From an uncultured Poribacteria bacterium (lineage in GTDB: Bacteria > Poribacteria > WGA-4E > WGA-3G): 64,000 nt of DNA. The notes below the pieces were generated by a model, which ran no database searches, was not told the DNA's origin, and worked only from the letters and a program-made list of their open reading frames with translations. The translations under genes were made by a program, and so were the position numbers. The DNA lies in NCBI GenBank assembly GCA_951813565.1, contig OX638351.1, positions 5,216,001-5,280,000 on the forward strand. Direction: 5' to 3'. Positions 55,057 through 64,000 of the stretch are shown in pieces (position 1 is the first letter of the stretch; each line of letters begins with the position of its first letter).

Positions 55057-56937
55057 ATGAAATTGACACGATTTTTAATTTTAATGTTCTTTATTCTTTC
55101 AAGCCTATTTCTCACGCCTGCCTTTGCTGAGGAACCTTCTCAATGGCATTTACCTGACGGTGTCAAGGCACGCCTTGGGAAAGGAAATATAGAGAAAGTA
55201 AAGTTTTCTAAAGATGGCAAGCAATTAGCAATAGGTACTGGTATTGGAATTTGGATATATGATGCACATACATACCAAGAACTCGTTCTGCTAAACGCAA
55301 ATAAGGAACCTGTTGGTGCAGTAGCATATTCACCTGATGGTCAGGTACTTGCCACTGATGGTCCAGATGATACTATTCAGCTGTGGGATGCGAGTACTTT
55401 GCAGCGCAAAATGACGATCGTTGGACAACCTGGAGGTCCTACTTCCATTGCATTCAATTCGGATGGTCTCTTGCTCGCGAGTTCGAGTTGGAATGGACCT
55501 ATTCACTTGTGGGATGTCAAAACCGGTCAATCCAAAGCAACATTTGAGGGCGATACAAAAATGATTACGCATGTAGCTTTCAGTCCCGATGATAAGACTG
55601 TTGCCGCCTGTGGAATCGGTGGCGGAATTTTGCTATGGGATACCCAAACTACACAACTTTTGGCAACACTTGAGCTTCGACACGGTGTTGGCAGTCTTGC
55701 GTTCAGTCCTGACGGAAAAACACTTGCAGGTTTAAACGGTTATGAAATCTGGTTGTGGAATGTTTCTTCTGGACAGCACTTAGAAACTTTTGAAGGACAT
55801 AGGGGATTAGTAGAGTCTATAGCGTATAGTCCTGATGGAAAAACATTGGCGAGTGGGAGTTCTGACAGTACCATTCGTTTGTGGAATACTGAAAGCGGTC
55901 AGCTCAATACGATTCTTGAAGGGCATACCGATACTATAGTGACCTTAGATTTTAGTCCAGATGGTCGCACGCTTGCGAGTGGAAGTAAAGACGGAACAAT
56001 CCGCTTATGGGATTCACTATCTGGTAAACAAAAAGGTATTATTAAAGGGCATATCAGTTTTGTGCGAGATGTTGCTTTTAGTCCAGATGGTCGCACACTT
56101 GCCAGCTTTTCTAATTCAAGTGGTCCAGAGATTTGGCTTTGGGACGCTGTTTCCAAAAAACGTATCGCTGTTTTTCGTGAATCGGATGGTGATGTTAATG
56201 CAATTGCGTTCAGTCCTGACGGTAAGACGCTTGTGAATGTTAACAATAACGGAAAAATACGTTTATGGGATACAATCACTGGACAAGAACAACGCTATTT
56301 TGAATATCCTTCAAGGTTTGGGACTGGTAGAATTTATAAGTCCATTGCATATAGTCCTGATGGTAAGACGCTTGTGAGTGGAAGTATCGATGGTACAATT
56401 CGCTTATGGAATGTATCGGATGGGAAACTTCAGTCTACTTTTGAAGGGCATACAGATAGCGTCAATTTCATTAAATTTAGTCCAGACGGAAGTAAATTTG
56501 CGAGTGTAGGATCTGCTGAAACCATTGTGTTATGGACATCAGAAACCCGTTTTGGAAAAAACCTACGTCTTGCCACCCTCAAAGGACATACAAAGAGAAT
56601 TCGTGCGATTGCGTTCAGTCCTGATGGTCGCACACTTGCAAGTGGAAGTGACGATAGCACAATTATCTTGTGGAATGTGGAAACTGGACAACCTCAAGCT
56701 ACGCTCGAGGGGCATACTGAACCTGTTGCTTCTGTTGCATATTCTCCCAACAAAAGTATCATGGCGAGTGGAAGTAGAGATAGAACGATTCGTCTGTGGG
56801 ATGCGAAAACAGGAAAACATCAAGGGACACTCATAGGTCATACGAGAGAAGTTACTTCACTATCATTCAGTTCTGATGGTAACGTACTTGCAAGTGGAAG
56901 TTTGGAAGGTGCATTGCTTCTATGGGAAGTTAAATAA
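55057..56937 (+). CDS. Secreted WD40 repeat protein
   Basis: Signal peptide, LPDGVKARLGKG and many GH..FSPDG..LASGS.D.TIRLWD repeats. Confidence 0.92.
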   Translation: MKLTRFLILMFFILSSLFLTPAFAEEPSQWHLPDGVKARLGKGNIEKVKFSKDGKQLAIGTGIGIWIYDAHTYQELVLLNANKEPVGAVAYSPDGQVLATDGPDDTIQLWDASTLQRKMTIVGQPGGPTSIAFNSDGLLLASSSWNGPIHLWDVKTGQSKATFEGDTKMITHVAFSPDDKTVAACGIGGGILLWDTQTTQLLATLELRHGVGSLAFSPDGKTLAGLNGYEIWLWNVSSGQHLETFEGHRGLVESIAYSPDGKTLASGSSDSTIRLWNTESGQLNTILEGHTDTIVTLDFSPDGRTLASGSKDGTIRLWDSLSGKQKGIIKGHISFVRDVAFSPDGRTLASFSNSSGPEIWLWDAVSKKRIAVFRESDGDVNAIAFSPDGKTLVNVNNNGKIRLWDTITGQEQRYFEYPSRFGTGRIYKSIAYSPDGKTLVSGSIDGTIRLWNVSDGKLQSTFEGHTDSVNFIKFSPDGSKFASVGSAETIVLWTSETRFGKNLRLATLKGHTKRIRAIAFSPDGRTLASGSDDSTIILWNVETGQPQATLEGHTEPVASVAYSPNKSIMASGSRDRTIRLWDAKTGKHQGTLIGHTREVTSLSFSSDGNVLASGSLEGALLLWEVK

Positions 56938-57088
56938 AACCTCATTTTCATAGAAATTAAGTGGTTAGTGAATAATGGAAATTTTATTTGTATAGGATAG
57001 TTCTCTCTCGGAAATGACCAAGAAGATTCTTTGAGAAAAAGTGGTTTTGTTATAGGTTGGGTTTCTCGACAACCCAAATAGATAAAGT

Positions 57089-58028
57089 TAACGTGAGTTT
57101 GATAAATCCCGTAGGGAATCAACACCGAATGCGCCTATGGCATTCGGTGGGGTAGAACGGAAATGGACAATAAAAACAGACCGTAAAGAGAGGTTGTTGA
57201 CCCATTTGAGGACGATATTTCCGAAAAAATAAGTAAAATCCAACTCTTAGGACTGTCAAGACGGTTGAATTGTTGGGTTTCGCTTCGCTCTGCCCATAAA
57301 TCAACGCTATGAATGCCTTTATGGCATTCAGCGGGTGTCAATTTTAGGATATATCCTATTGTGGGAGCGAATCAACGCAGCATGCGAGTTTGGCATGCTG
57401 CCAAATCAACGCAGCATGCGAGTTTGGCATGCTGCCAAATCAACGCAGCATGCGAGTTTGGCATGCTGCCAAATCAACGCAGCATGCGAGTTTGGCATGC
57501 TGCCAAATCAACGCCAAATGCGCTTTTTGGCATTTGTCGGGTTTTCAACCCCGATATAACGGTTTGAGTCTCACAATATCGGGCTTAGAAAGCCCTCCCA
57601 CAAAAAAATCAGGCACTAAATTGACGCCTATGGGTTTCGCTTCGCTCTACCCAACGGACTATATTCAATTTAATTATCAAACTCACGTTACCCATAGGTG
57701 TCAATTTAAGACAACATCTATGTTTTTATGAACCTTTCTCAATACACATTATGATTGAGATTGTCCTACATTTAGCCCCAGCGGGGCGATATGTTTATAG
57801 CAACCGGTATTGACACTTCTTGAGCGCCGTAGGAGCGACATATAAGTTATATACATACCGCCTCTACGAGGCTCAAGAACCCAGCACAACGCCTTTTCTA
57901 TAAACATACCGCCTCTACGAGGCTATAACAAACGTTAAAAACGGATTCAATACCTTAAATTGACAGTTATGAGTTTCGCTTTGCTCTACCCTACATCTCT
58001 AGGCAATCTAATTATCAAACTCCCGTTA
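57089..58028. repeat. Nested composite: MITE-C containing MITE-B, REPs and a cassette array, followed by a second MITE-B and an extra MITE-C right end
   Basis: TIRs at 57089, 57674-57690 and 58012-58028. Confidence 0.7.
57370..57505 (+). repeat. Four identical tandem 34-bp hairpin units AATCAACGCAGCATGCGAGTTTGGCATGCTGCCA
   Basis: Directly visible; no spacers between units. Confidence 0.95.
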
Positions 58029-58068
58029 AAGTTATAGCCAATTCATTAACTGAAATTGTTGGGATATT

Positions 58069-59091
58069 ATGTTAACAACCTCAAACGTTCGCGTCGCTTT
58101 CTACGGATGCGGAAATTTTGCTAAAAATACCCGAATTCCGAACCTTTTACAGAACGACTCCGTTAATATAGTTGCAGTATGCGATAGTAATGTGAAAACG
58201 GCGCAGGAAACTGCCCAACATTTTAACATTCCACACGTCTACCATAGTGAGAATGGTGGCGCACACCAAATGCTTGGGACGCAAGAATTTGAAGTGTTAT
58301 ATTCCATCGTGCCAGCGTATGTGCGGACTGATGTTGAAGTAATCGCTGCAGAAAAAGGCGTCCACATTTTCAGTGAAAAACCGCAGGCAATTACAATGCA
58401 GGTGGCAAATCGCATTGATAAAGCGATTCGGAAAGCAGGCGTTATCAGTACTGTTGGATTCCGTGAACGGTATCGCCCTATTTTTCAGAAAGCACGTGAA
58501 TTTTTGGCTGACAAAAAGGTTGTGCATGTCCGTTTCCAAAGTTATGGTGGACTACCTGCTGCAGCGGACAGCAAAGCAAAAACGTGGTGGGCAGATATGG
58601 AGAAATCCGGTGGTCGTGCTCTTGACTGGGGTGTTCATGCAACAGATTATAGTCGTTTTATGACAGGATTGAACGTTGTTCGTGCGCAAGCGTTCTATTG
58701 TGAACGAGCAGAATATGCCACGCCTTTGTCGTGTAGTTTCAATTACTGCTTCAACAACGGTGCCACGATGATACTCAACTTTGTTTCTGCTGGAGCGAGT
58801 CCGAAAGATGAACCGTGGTTTACCGTTTTTTATGAAGGAGGTCACCTCACAATTTACCGATACGACAGGATTGAGGTGAACGGTGAGAAGATTTATCAGG
58901 CAGAAGAATTTAATCCGTGGTTAGAACAGGATAAAACTTTTATCCGTGCTGTTCAGACGGGAGATGCAAGCATATTGCAAAGTGATTATCACGATGGTCT
59001 TTTCTCTTTAGCACCTGTTCTGGCAGGTTGGGAATCTGCGCGACGCCAAGGTGAATGTTTTGAGATGGATTCGTTCATGGATGTTTCATAA
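58069..59091 (+). CDS. Gfo/Idh/MocA family oxidoreductase
   Basis: YGCGNFA, SEKP, GFRERY and DWGVHATD. Confidence 0.88.
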   Translation: MLTTSNVRVAFYGCGNFAKNTRIPNLLQNDSVNIVAVCDSNVKTAQETAQHFNIPHVYHSENGGAHQMLGTQEFEVLYSIVPAYVRTDVEVIAAEKGVHIFSEKPQAITMQVANRIDKAIRKAGVISTVGFRERYRPIFQKAREFLADKKVVHVRFQSYGGLPAAADSKAKTWWADMEKSGGRALDWGVHATDYSRFMTGLNVVRAQAFYCERAEYATPLSCSFNYCFNNGATMILNFVSAGASPKDEPWFTVFYEGGHLTIYRYDRIEVNGEKIYQAEEFNPWLEQDKTFIRAVQTGDASILQSDYHDGLFSLAPVLAGWESARRQGECFEMDSFMDVS

Positions 59092-59150
59092 AGCAATTAT
59101 ATTCATAAAACCACTCATTTCAGTAAAAATTTAATTTGGAGGATTAAAAT

Positions 59151-59366
59151 ATGGATGCAAAACTAAAAAAGATACAAATTACACCGATGAAGTTTGATAA
59201 AGACGGTGACGTCCAAAAAGAGGAATTCGCAACCATCACAATCGAAGTGCCGATGGATAGTGCTGGACAACGTGAAGCTATTGTTTCAGTGCTACAACTC
59301 CTGAGCAGGGAGTGGGTTGTTCTAAGCGTTGAAGGGAAAACACCTGGAGCAGTAGGTACAGCTTAG
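59151..59366 (+). CDS. Small hypothetical protein
   Basis: GGAGG ribosome binding site; fits the operon. Confidence 0.65.
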   Translation: MDAKLKKIQITPMKFDKDGDVQKEEFATITIEVPMDSAGQREAIVSVLQLLSREWVVLSVEGKTPGAVGTA

Positions 59367-59373
59367 GTTAATC

Positions 59374-60507
59374 ATGCAAAAAAAGTATCTCTTTACACCA
59401 GGTCCAACACCAATACCGCCAGAAGCATTGTTGGCAATGGCGCAACCGATTGACTATCATCGCAGTGAAGATGCTGTTGCGTTAATTAAAGACGTTTTAG
59501 AAAAACTCAAGCACGTTTTCCAAACAGAGAACGATGTGCTTTTCTTAACATCGTCTGGGACGGGTGCAATGGACGGCGCAGTGGCAAATCTGTTGTGCCG
59601 TAATGATAAAGTTTTAGTCATTCGGAGCGGCAAATTTGGTGAACGGTGGGCAGAAATCTGTGAGGCTTATGGTGTTGAGGTCATCCGTATTGATGTTACA
59701 TGGGGCGATTCAGTCGCACCAGAAGTAGTGGAAGCACAGTTAACTACTCACCCTGACATAAAAGCAGTTTTCGCTACACTGTGCGAAACATCAACCGGTG
59801 CTTTGCACGACATTGAAGTACTCGCGAGTTTGACGCAATCTACTCCAACACTACTTGTTGTTGATGCTGTCAGCGCACTTGGAGCAGATGATCTACAGAT
59901 GGACAATTGGGGAGTTGATGTTGTCGTTTCCTGTTCACAGAAAGGATTGATGACGCCTCCCGGTCTCGCTTTCGCTGCTCTTAATCATCGTGCGTGGGAA
60001 GCGACTGAACAGTCTGATCTACCGAAGTATTATCTCGATTTCCGAAAAGCACATCAACGCGGACTTGAAGGTTCAGTGCCTTACACCCCAGCAATTACGC
60101 TTCTTACGGCACTGCAATATGCCTTAAATCACATCTGCGCAGAGGGTATCCGCAATACTATCGCTCGCCATAACCGTATGGCTATTGCAACACGAAGTGC
60201 TCTTAAAGCGATTGGTCTCCCGCTATTCGCAACATCGCCAGCAAATACGTTAACATCAATTCGGTTGCCAAAAGAAATTGACGGCAAAGCGTTTGTTAAG
60301 ATGATGCGCGAAAAACATGGCATCACGTATGCTGGTGGACAAGGTAATTTGCGTGGAAAAATTGTTCGTATTGCACACCTCGGATGGATGAACGAAAACG
60401 ATGTTATCGTTGCTGTCTCTGCTTTTGAGAGGGGTTTAGCAGAGATCGGTTATGATATTTCACTTGGTGCAGGTGTTGCCGCCGCGCAAGAAGTTTTTTC
60501 ATTTTAA
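59374..60507 (+). CDS. Class V PLP aminotransferase (alanine/serine-glyoxylate type)
   Basis: FTPGPT, SSGTGAM, ETSTG, DAVS and SQKGLMTPPG. Confidence 0.92.
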   Translation: MQKKYLFTPGPTPIPPEALLAMAQPIDYHRSEDAVALIKDVLEKLKHVFQTENDVLFLTSSGTGAMDGAVANLLCRNDKVLVIRSGKFGERWAEICEAYGVEVIRIDVTWGDSVAPEVVEAQLTTHPDIKAVFATLCETSTGALHDIEVLASLTQSTPTLLVVDAVSALGADDLQMDNWGVDVVVSCSQKGLMTPPGLAFAALNHRAWEATEQSDLPKYYLDFRKAHQRGLEGSVPYTPAITLLTALQYALNHICAEGIRNTIARHNRMAIATRSALKAIGLPLFATSPANTLTSIRLPKEIDGKAFVKMMREKHGITYAGGQGNLRGKIVRIAHLGWMNENDVIVAVSAFERGLAEIGYDISLGAGVAAAQEVFSF

Positions 60508-60578
60508 ACATTGACAAAAAAGTGATTTCGGGTTAAAATTTAAAAGTTTTTACAAGTATTTTAACTTTGTATTTCTTT

Positions 60579-61145
60579 ATGTTACACAGTGAGTTGGTTC
60601 CCAAGAAACCGGTGGATCGTTTACTTGAGTCCCTGCGTTTTGCAAAGGCGCGTCCACATATTCCCAAAGGTTCTCACCTCTTAGATGTTGGTGCTGGAGA
60701 TGGTGCCTTTTTGCGTACCCTCAATGGGCATGTTGCCTCTGCAATTGGTATTGATCCAACTCTGACTAAACCTATTGAATTCGACAGGTGCCACCTCATT
60801 CCCGGATATTTCCCACAAGACTTTGCTTATAGTGGTACGTTTGATGTCATTACTGTGCTGGCTACCGTTGAGCATATACCGACAGACAAACTCACAGCGG
60901 TAGCGGATGCTTGCTGGAAATACTTAAACCAGGGCGGCCGTGTCATTATCACTGCCCCCCATCCGCGCGTGGATAAAATATTGGAAGCCCTCAAGTTTTT
61001 TAAGATAATCAATGGACTTTCCTTAGAGGAACATCATGGATTCCATCCAAATGACCTTCCTAATATTTTCTCCCGCTGGACACTAATAAAAAAGGAGCGT
61101 TGGCAACTCGGATGCAATTACTTCTTCGTCTTTGGAAAACCTTAA
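60579..61145 (+). CDS. Class I SAM-dependent methyltransferase
   Basis: LLDVGAGDG, FDVITVLATVEHI and GGRVIIT; TTGACA-17-TAAAAT promoter upstream. Confidence 0.85.
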   Translation: MLHSELVPKKPVDRLLESLRFAKARPHIPKGSHLLDVGAGDGAFLRTLNGHVASAIGIDPTLTKPIEFDRCHLIPGYFPQDFAYSGTFDVITVLATVEHIPTDKLTAVADACWKYLNQGGRVIITAPHPRVDKILEALKFFKIINGLSLEEHHGFHPNDLPNIFSRWTLIKKERWQLGCNYFFVFGKP

Positions 61146-63511
61146 AAGTAAATTTTAAACATATCTTGACTGGCGCGCTCCTTTTGGGAATCTTGTTCCT
61201 TGCCTTTTGGATACGCGTCCAGGGCAGGGATGCGATCCCTGATAGACAATTTACAGAAACTGACGCATATCTTTACTATTCGCAAGCAGATACCATTGTT
61301 AAACAAGGATATCTACCTGCAAAGGATATGGACCGATGGTTACCACTTGGTAGAGATAACAGACAATTGCTACCGCTTTACTCCTACGCAATTGCATATA
61401 TACACAAAACCCTCGGTTGGATATTTCCAAAACTCACGTTGTATCAAATACAACTCTACGTTCCTGTCGTCTGTTTTACCCTTGGGATTGGTGTGTTATT
61501 TCTCTTTCTCGTTCGTATTTATGGGGTACTTTTCGCTACCATTGTCGGTGTTCTATTGGCAACTTTGCCTGGAAGTATTGATCGGAGTTCCACTGGCTTT
61601 GGGGACAGGGATGCCTGGTGTTGGTTGTTAGGTGTTTTGGCTATCACTAGTTACTTATGGAAAGAACAGTTGCCTTTAAGCAAGCGTAGACTTATTGCAA
61701 CTGTTTTCTCAGGCCTTATTGTTTTTTTAGGTGGATTCTCTTGGGAAGGTTTTGGGTTTTTCCTTGCTATTATCCTTACCATAGAACTCTGGAAATGTTG
61801 TACAACGGATGAAGAGAAGCATCTAAAAGAATATTTCCTCTGGGTACTGCTGTTTGTGCCCGGTCTGTTTATGCTTAGTCCTGCCTATCGAAGCGGATAT
61901 GGGTTCTCTACACATCTGTTTGCTCTCATGTTGCTGCCTCCACTCGTTATTTTTGTGATACGAGGGACTCGATACTTGCTCCTGAAATACGTTAAAGTGT
62001 GCTGCAATTACCCCCGAAAAATCGCTTGGGGACTCGTATTCCTTGCTACCGCCGCAGGTGCTGCCTATATCTTTGTTCAATACAACACGTTTGAGACAAC
62101 TGCCTTTGCCTTTCGTGAAAGTCCTTTAATGAAGAACGTCAGTGAATTAGTTGATCCTAATTTAATCTACTGGATACACCGATACGGTGCTGTTTTTGTC
62201 CTCGGTAGTATCGGATTAATACTCGCAAGCAGCCACTTCGGTACATACAGAGGTACATTTTTAGGTGCTGCTCTTTTTCTTTTTGTCGGAACGGTTTTTT
62301 TCCAGGATCTCGTGAGTCGTTGGGTTGGGAGAAACACAGGAGACATCCTTTTCTTTATTTCATTAGGACTTACAACCGCCGCACTTGCCATTGCATCAAT
62401 GCGAAAATCAACTGCTCAAAATGAACACGTGATCCTCGCTATGTTCGCATGGTTCATCTTTTGGGGAGCCCTCGCCCGCGGAGGAAAACGATACGATTTT
62501 TTTATTGGGGTACCCCTCGTTTTTGGAACAGCATCCCTCCTCTGGCTTGCGCCCGCATTTCTCGCGCAAAACACCACGGAGACACTTACGCAAAAATCGC
62601 ATCGGAAGGAAAAACTCATAACCACCGCCTCTGCTTGTGTCGTGCTAACTGCCATCCTCTTTTTAACACCTCTTGGTGGAAACGTTACCCACTTGGCACG
62701 CACCAATTTCAAAGTTCGATCACCAATACCGGGAAAAGGACACATCGCAAAAACACTCACGTGGATAAAAAACACGCTCCCCAATAGTACAGTGATGGCA
62801 GCAGACTGGACCTATGGTATACAGCTCAACGTCCTTGCAGGTGTCAAATCCATTATAGATTCGGACCATTTTCTTCCACACTGGATACATCTCTATTACC
62901 GACACGTCCACTGTGCTCAAAACGAAAAGGAAGCACTTGAATTCTTAAAAACCCATAAGGTCACACACCTCATGCTAACCGAATGGGGTGTAACATCTCG
63001 CTCACAGGCTTATTCTAAAATCGGAAGCGATAAAAACAACGACAGACTGTTTGGTTTCTATCCACTGATGCGTGTTGAGACACCTATCGGAACACAATAC
63101 CGAATGATACCCACACATCCAGAAACACCCTTGGTCTTCATCGACTTTAACAAAATAGCATCCGATACCTTGACGCTTACGACACAATTTAAAGATGGCA
63201 ACACACAAAAAACAACTATCAACAAGCCAACAACCCTAAAATTGGTAGAACTTGAAAACGGCGGACTTGCACTCCATTTTGATGAACACGCACGACTCCA
63301 ATACGCCTATTACATTCCATCCATCGGATGGAATAGTCTCGCCGTCAAACTGTTCTTACGCGGTGAACATAGTCAATTTTTTATACCTATTTACCCTATT
63401 GGTGAAAACGAGGCGACAAAAATCAAAATCTGGGAAATTCACTACCCTTCTGATATACAAACATCAGAAAAATACCTTATAACAGAACCCGAAAAAAAAA
63501 TAAAATTTTGA
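61100..63511 (+). CDS. STT3/AglB/PglB-like GT-C oligosaccharyltransferase homolog
   Basis: Many TM helices; ETDAYLY, GFGDRD, NVSEL, DWTYG at the WWDYG position, and EALEFLK. Confidence 0.75.
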   Translation: MATRMQLLLRLWKTLKVNFKHILTGALLLGILFLAFWIRVQGRDAIPDRQFTETDAYLYYSQADTIVKQGYLPAKDMDRWLPLGRDNRQLLPLYSYAIAYIHKTLGWIFPKLTLYQIQLYVPVVCFTLGIGVLFLFLVRIYGVLFATIVGVLLATLPGSIDRSSTGFGDRDAWCWLLGVLAITSYLWKEQLPLSKRRLIATVFSGLIVFLGGFSWEGFGFFLAIILTIELWKCCTTDEEKHLKEYFLWVLLFVPGLFMLSPAYRSGYGFSTHLFALMLLPPLVIFVIRGTRYLLLKYVKVCCNYPRKIAWGLVFLATAAGAAYIFVQYNTFETTAFAFRESPLMKNVSELVDPNLIYWIHRYGAVFVLGSIGLILASSHFGTYRGTFLGAALFLFVGTVFFQDLVSRWVGRNTGDILFFISLGLTTAALAIASMRKSTAQNEHVILAMFAWFIFWGALARGGKRYDFFIGVPLVFGTASLLWLAPAFLAQNTTETLTQKSHRKEKLITTASACVVLTAILFLTPLGGNVTHLARTNFKVRSPIPGKGHIAKTLTWIKNTLPNSTVMAADWTYGIQLNVLAGVKSIIDSDHFLPHWIHLYYRHVHCAQNEKEALEFLKTHKVTHLMLTEWGVTSRSQAYSKIGSDKNNDRLFGFYPLMRVETPIGTQYRMIPTHPETPLVFIDFNKIASDTLTLTTQFKDGNTQKTTINKPTTLKLVELENGGLALHFDEHARLQYAYYIPSIGWNSLAVKLFLRGEHSQFFIPIYPIGENEATKIKIWEIHYPSDIQTSEKYLITEPEKKIKF

Positions 63512-63611
63512 CAGACATCCGTGCCTCGTATAAACTCTTAAAAACGTCAAAAAATATGCTTTTTACGTGTGTAGAATTTTCTAAGGGTGTGTAAAGTTTT
63601 TGGCATGAATA

Positions 63612-64000
63612 TCACGCTGCTTTTGTGTTTGTATACCAATAATTATTCCATGCTTCATTTTTCAACAAACACCTCCACTTCAGCACAGCATTGATACCCG
63701 GTTTCTCCCATCTCATAGCAGCTTGTTTGCATCTTTGTCCGACAACATGTTTACACGCACTTTCAATCACACCACTGCCAATCTGATACCCTTTTTCTCT
63801 AAACGCTTTATACCGCATTCGCTTCGCGTGTTTTTCGAAATACCGCGCTTCTCTTTCTAAAATATCCGATACTTCCGGGGTCTGTGTGTCTAAGCCACGA
63901 ATGCGTGCGGCTACTTCTGTAATGTTGCCATCATAAAGGATAGGTTCTGTCCTTTTTACCCAGTCTTGTATCGCCTCTGTTTCAGTCTCTCCGAAGGCAA
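63612..64000 (-). mobile_element. ISKra4/ISLre2-like transposase, C-terminal part (runs off the window end)
   Basis: Frame open to the edge; RMRY..GYQIGSGVIESACKHVVGQRCK..MRW. Possible IS end GGGTGTG at about 63585. Confidence 0.8.

Noticed and set aside
57370..57505. CRISPR array
   Set aside because: The palindromic 34-bp units are head-to-tail with no unique spacers, and there are no cas genes in the window.
57119..57731. Short repetitive ORFs (also 34581-35179, 28675-29034, 30416-30688, 7565-7783, 2370-2630)
   Set aside because: Translations of MITE/REP repeats.
59374..60507. phnW (2-aminoethylphosphonate transaminase) completing the phosphonate pathway
   Set aside because: It lies far from phnA and its motifs fit a generic serine/alanine-glyoxylate aminotransferase.
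1..64000. tRNA or rRNA genes
   Set aside because: No cloverleaf with canonical T/D loops or rRNA-like segment was recognised.

Overview
Bacterial chromosomal window, most likely Candidatus Poribacteria (inferred from LamG/ConA proteins ending in VEPxGKxxTTWxxIK, a UBact-type proteasome operon, and PSCyt, ASPIC/UnbV and WD40 proteins). It contains a complete UBact-proteasome operon (arc-dop-ubact-prcB-prcA, then pafA), a phosphonate pair (phnA-like hydrolase plus HpnZ-like dehydrogenase), housekeeping genes (argB, glgP, hisB, glgC, thiE, rsmB, rpsT), a DRG-like GTPase, a mazEF pair with a frameshifted toxin, a cluster of secreted proteins and an STT3-like transferase with an altered WWDYG motif. 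Mobile DNA is dense: four tnpB-only IS200/IS605 elements whose ends can be mapped exactly, an IS1, an ISAs1 remnant, a partial ISKra4/ISLre2-like element, and intergenic regions built from nested MITEs and REPs. The most unusual signals are (1) a covarying pseudoknotted RNA leader upstream of three tnpB genes, (2) ~34-bp AATCAAC+hairpin micro-cassettes that accumulate at fixed sites inside REPs (0, 1, 2 and 5 units seen), and (3) a recurrent C-terminal TTWxxIK putative sorting tag. All calls come from reading the sequence; no searches were run.
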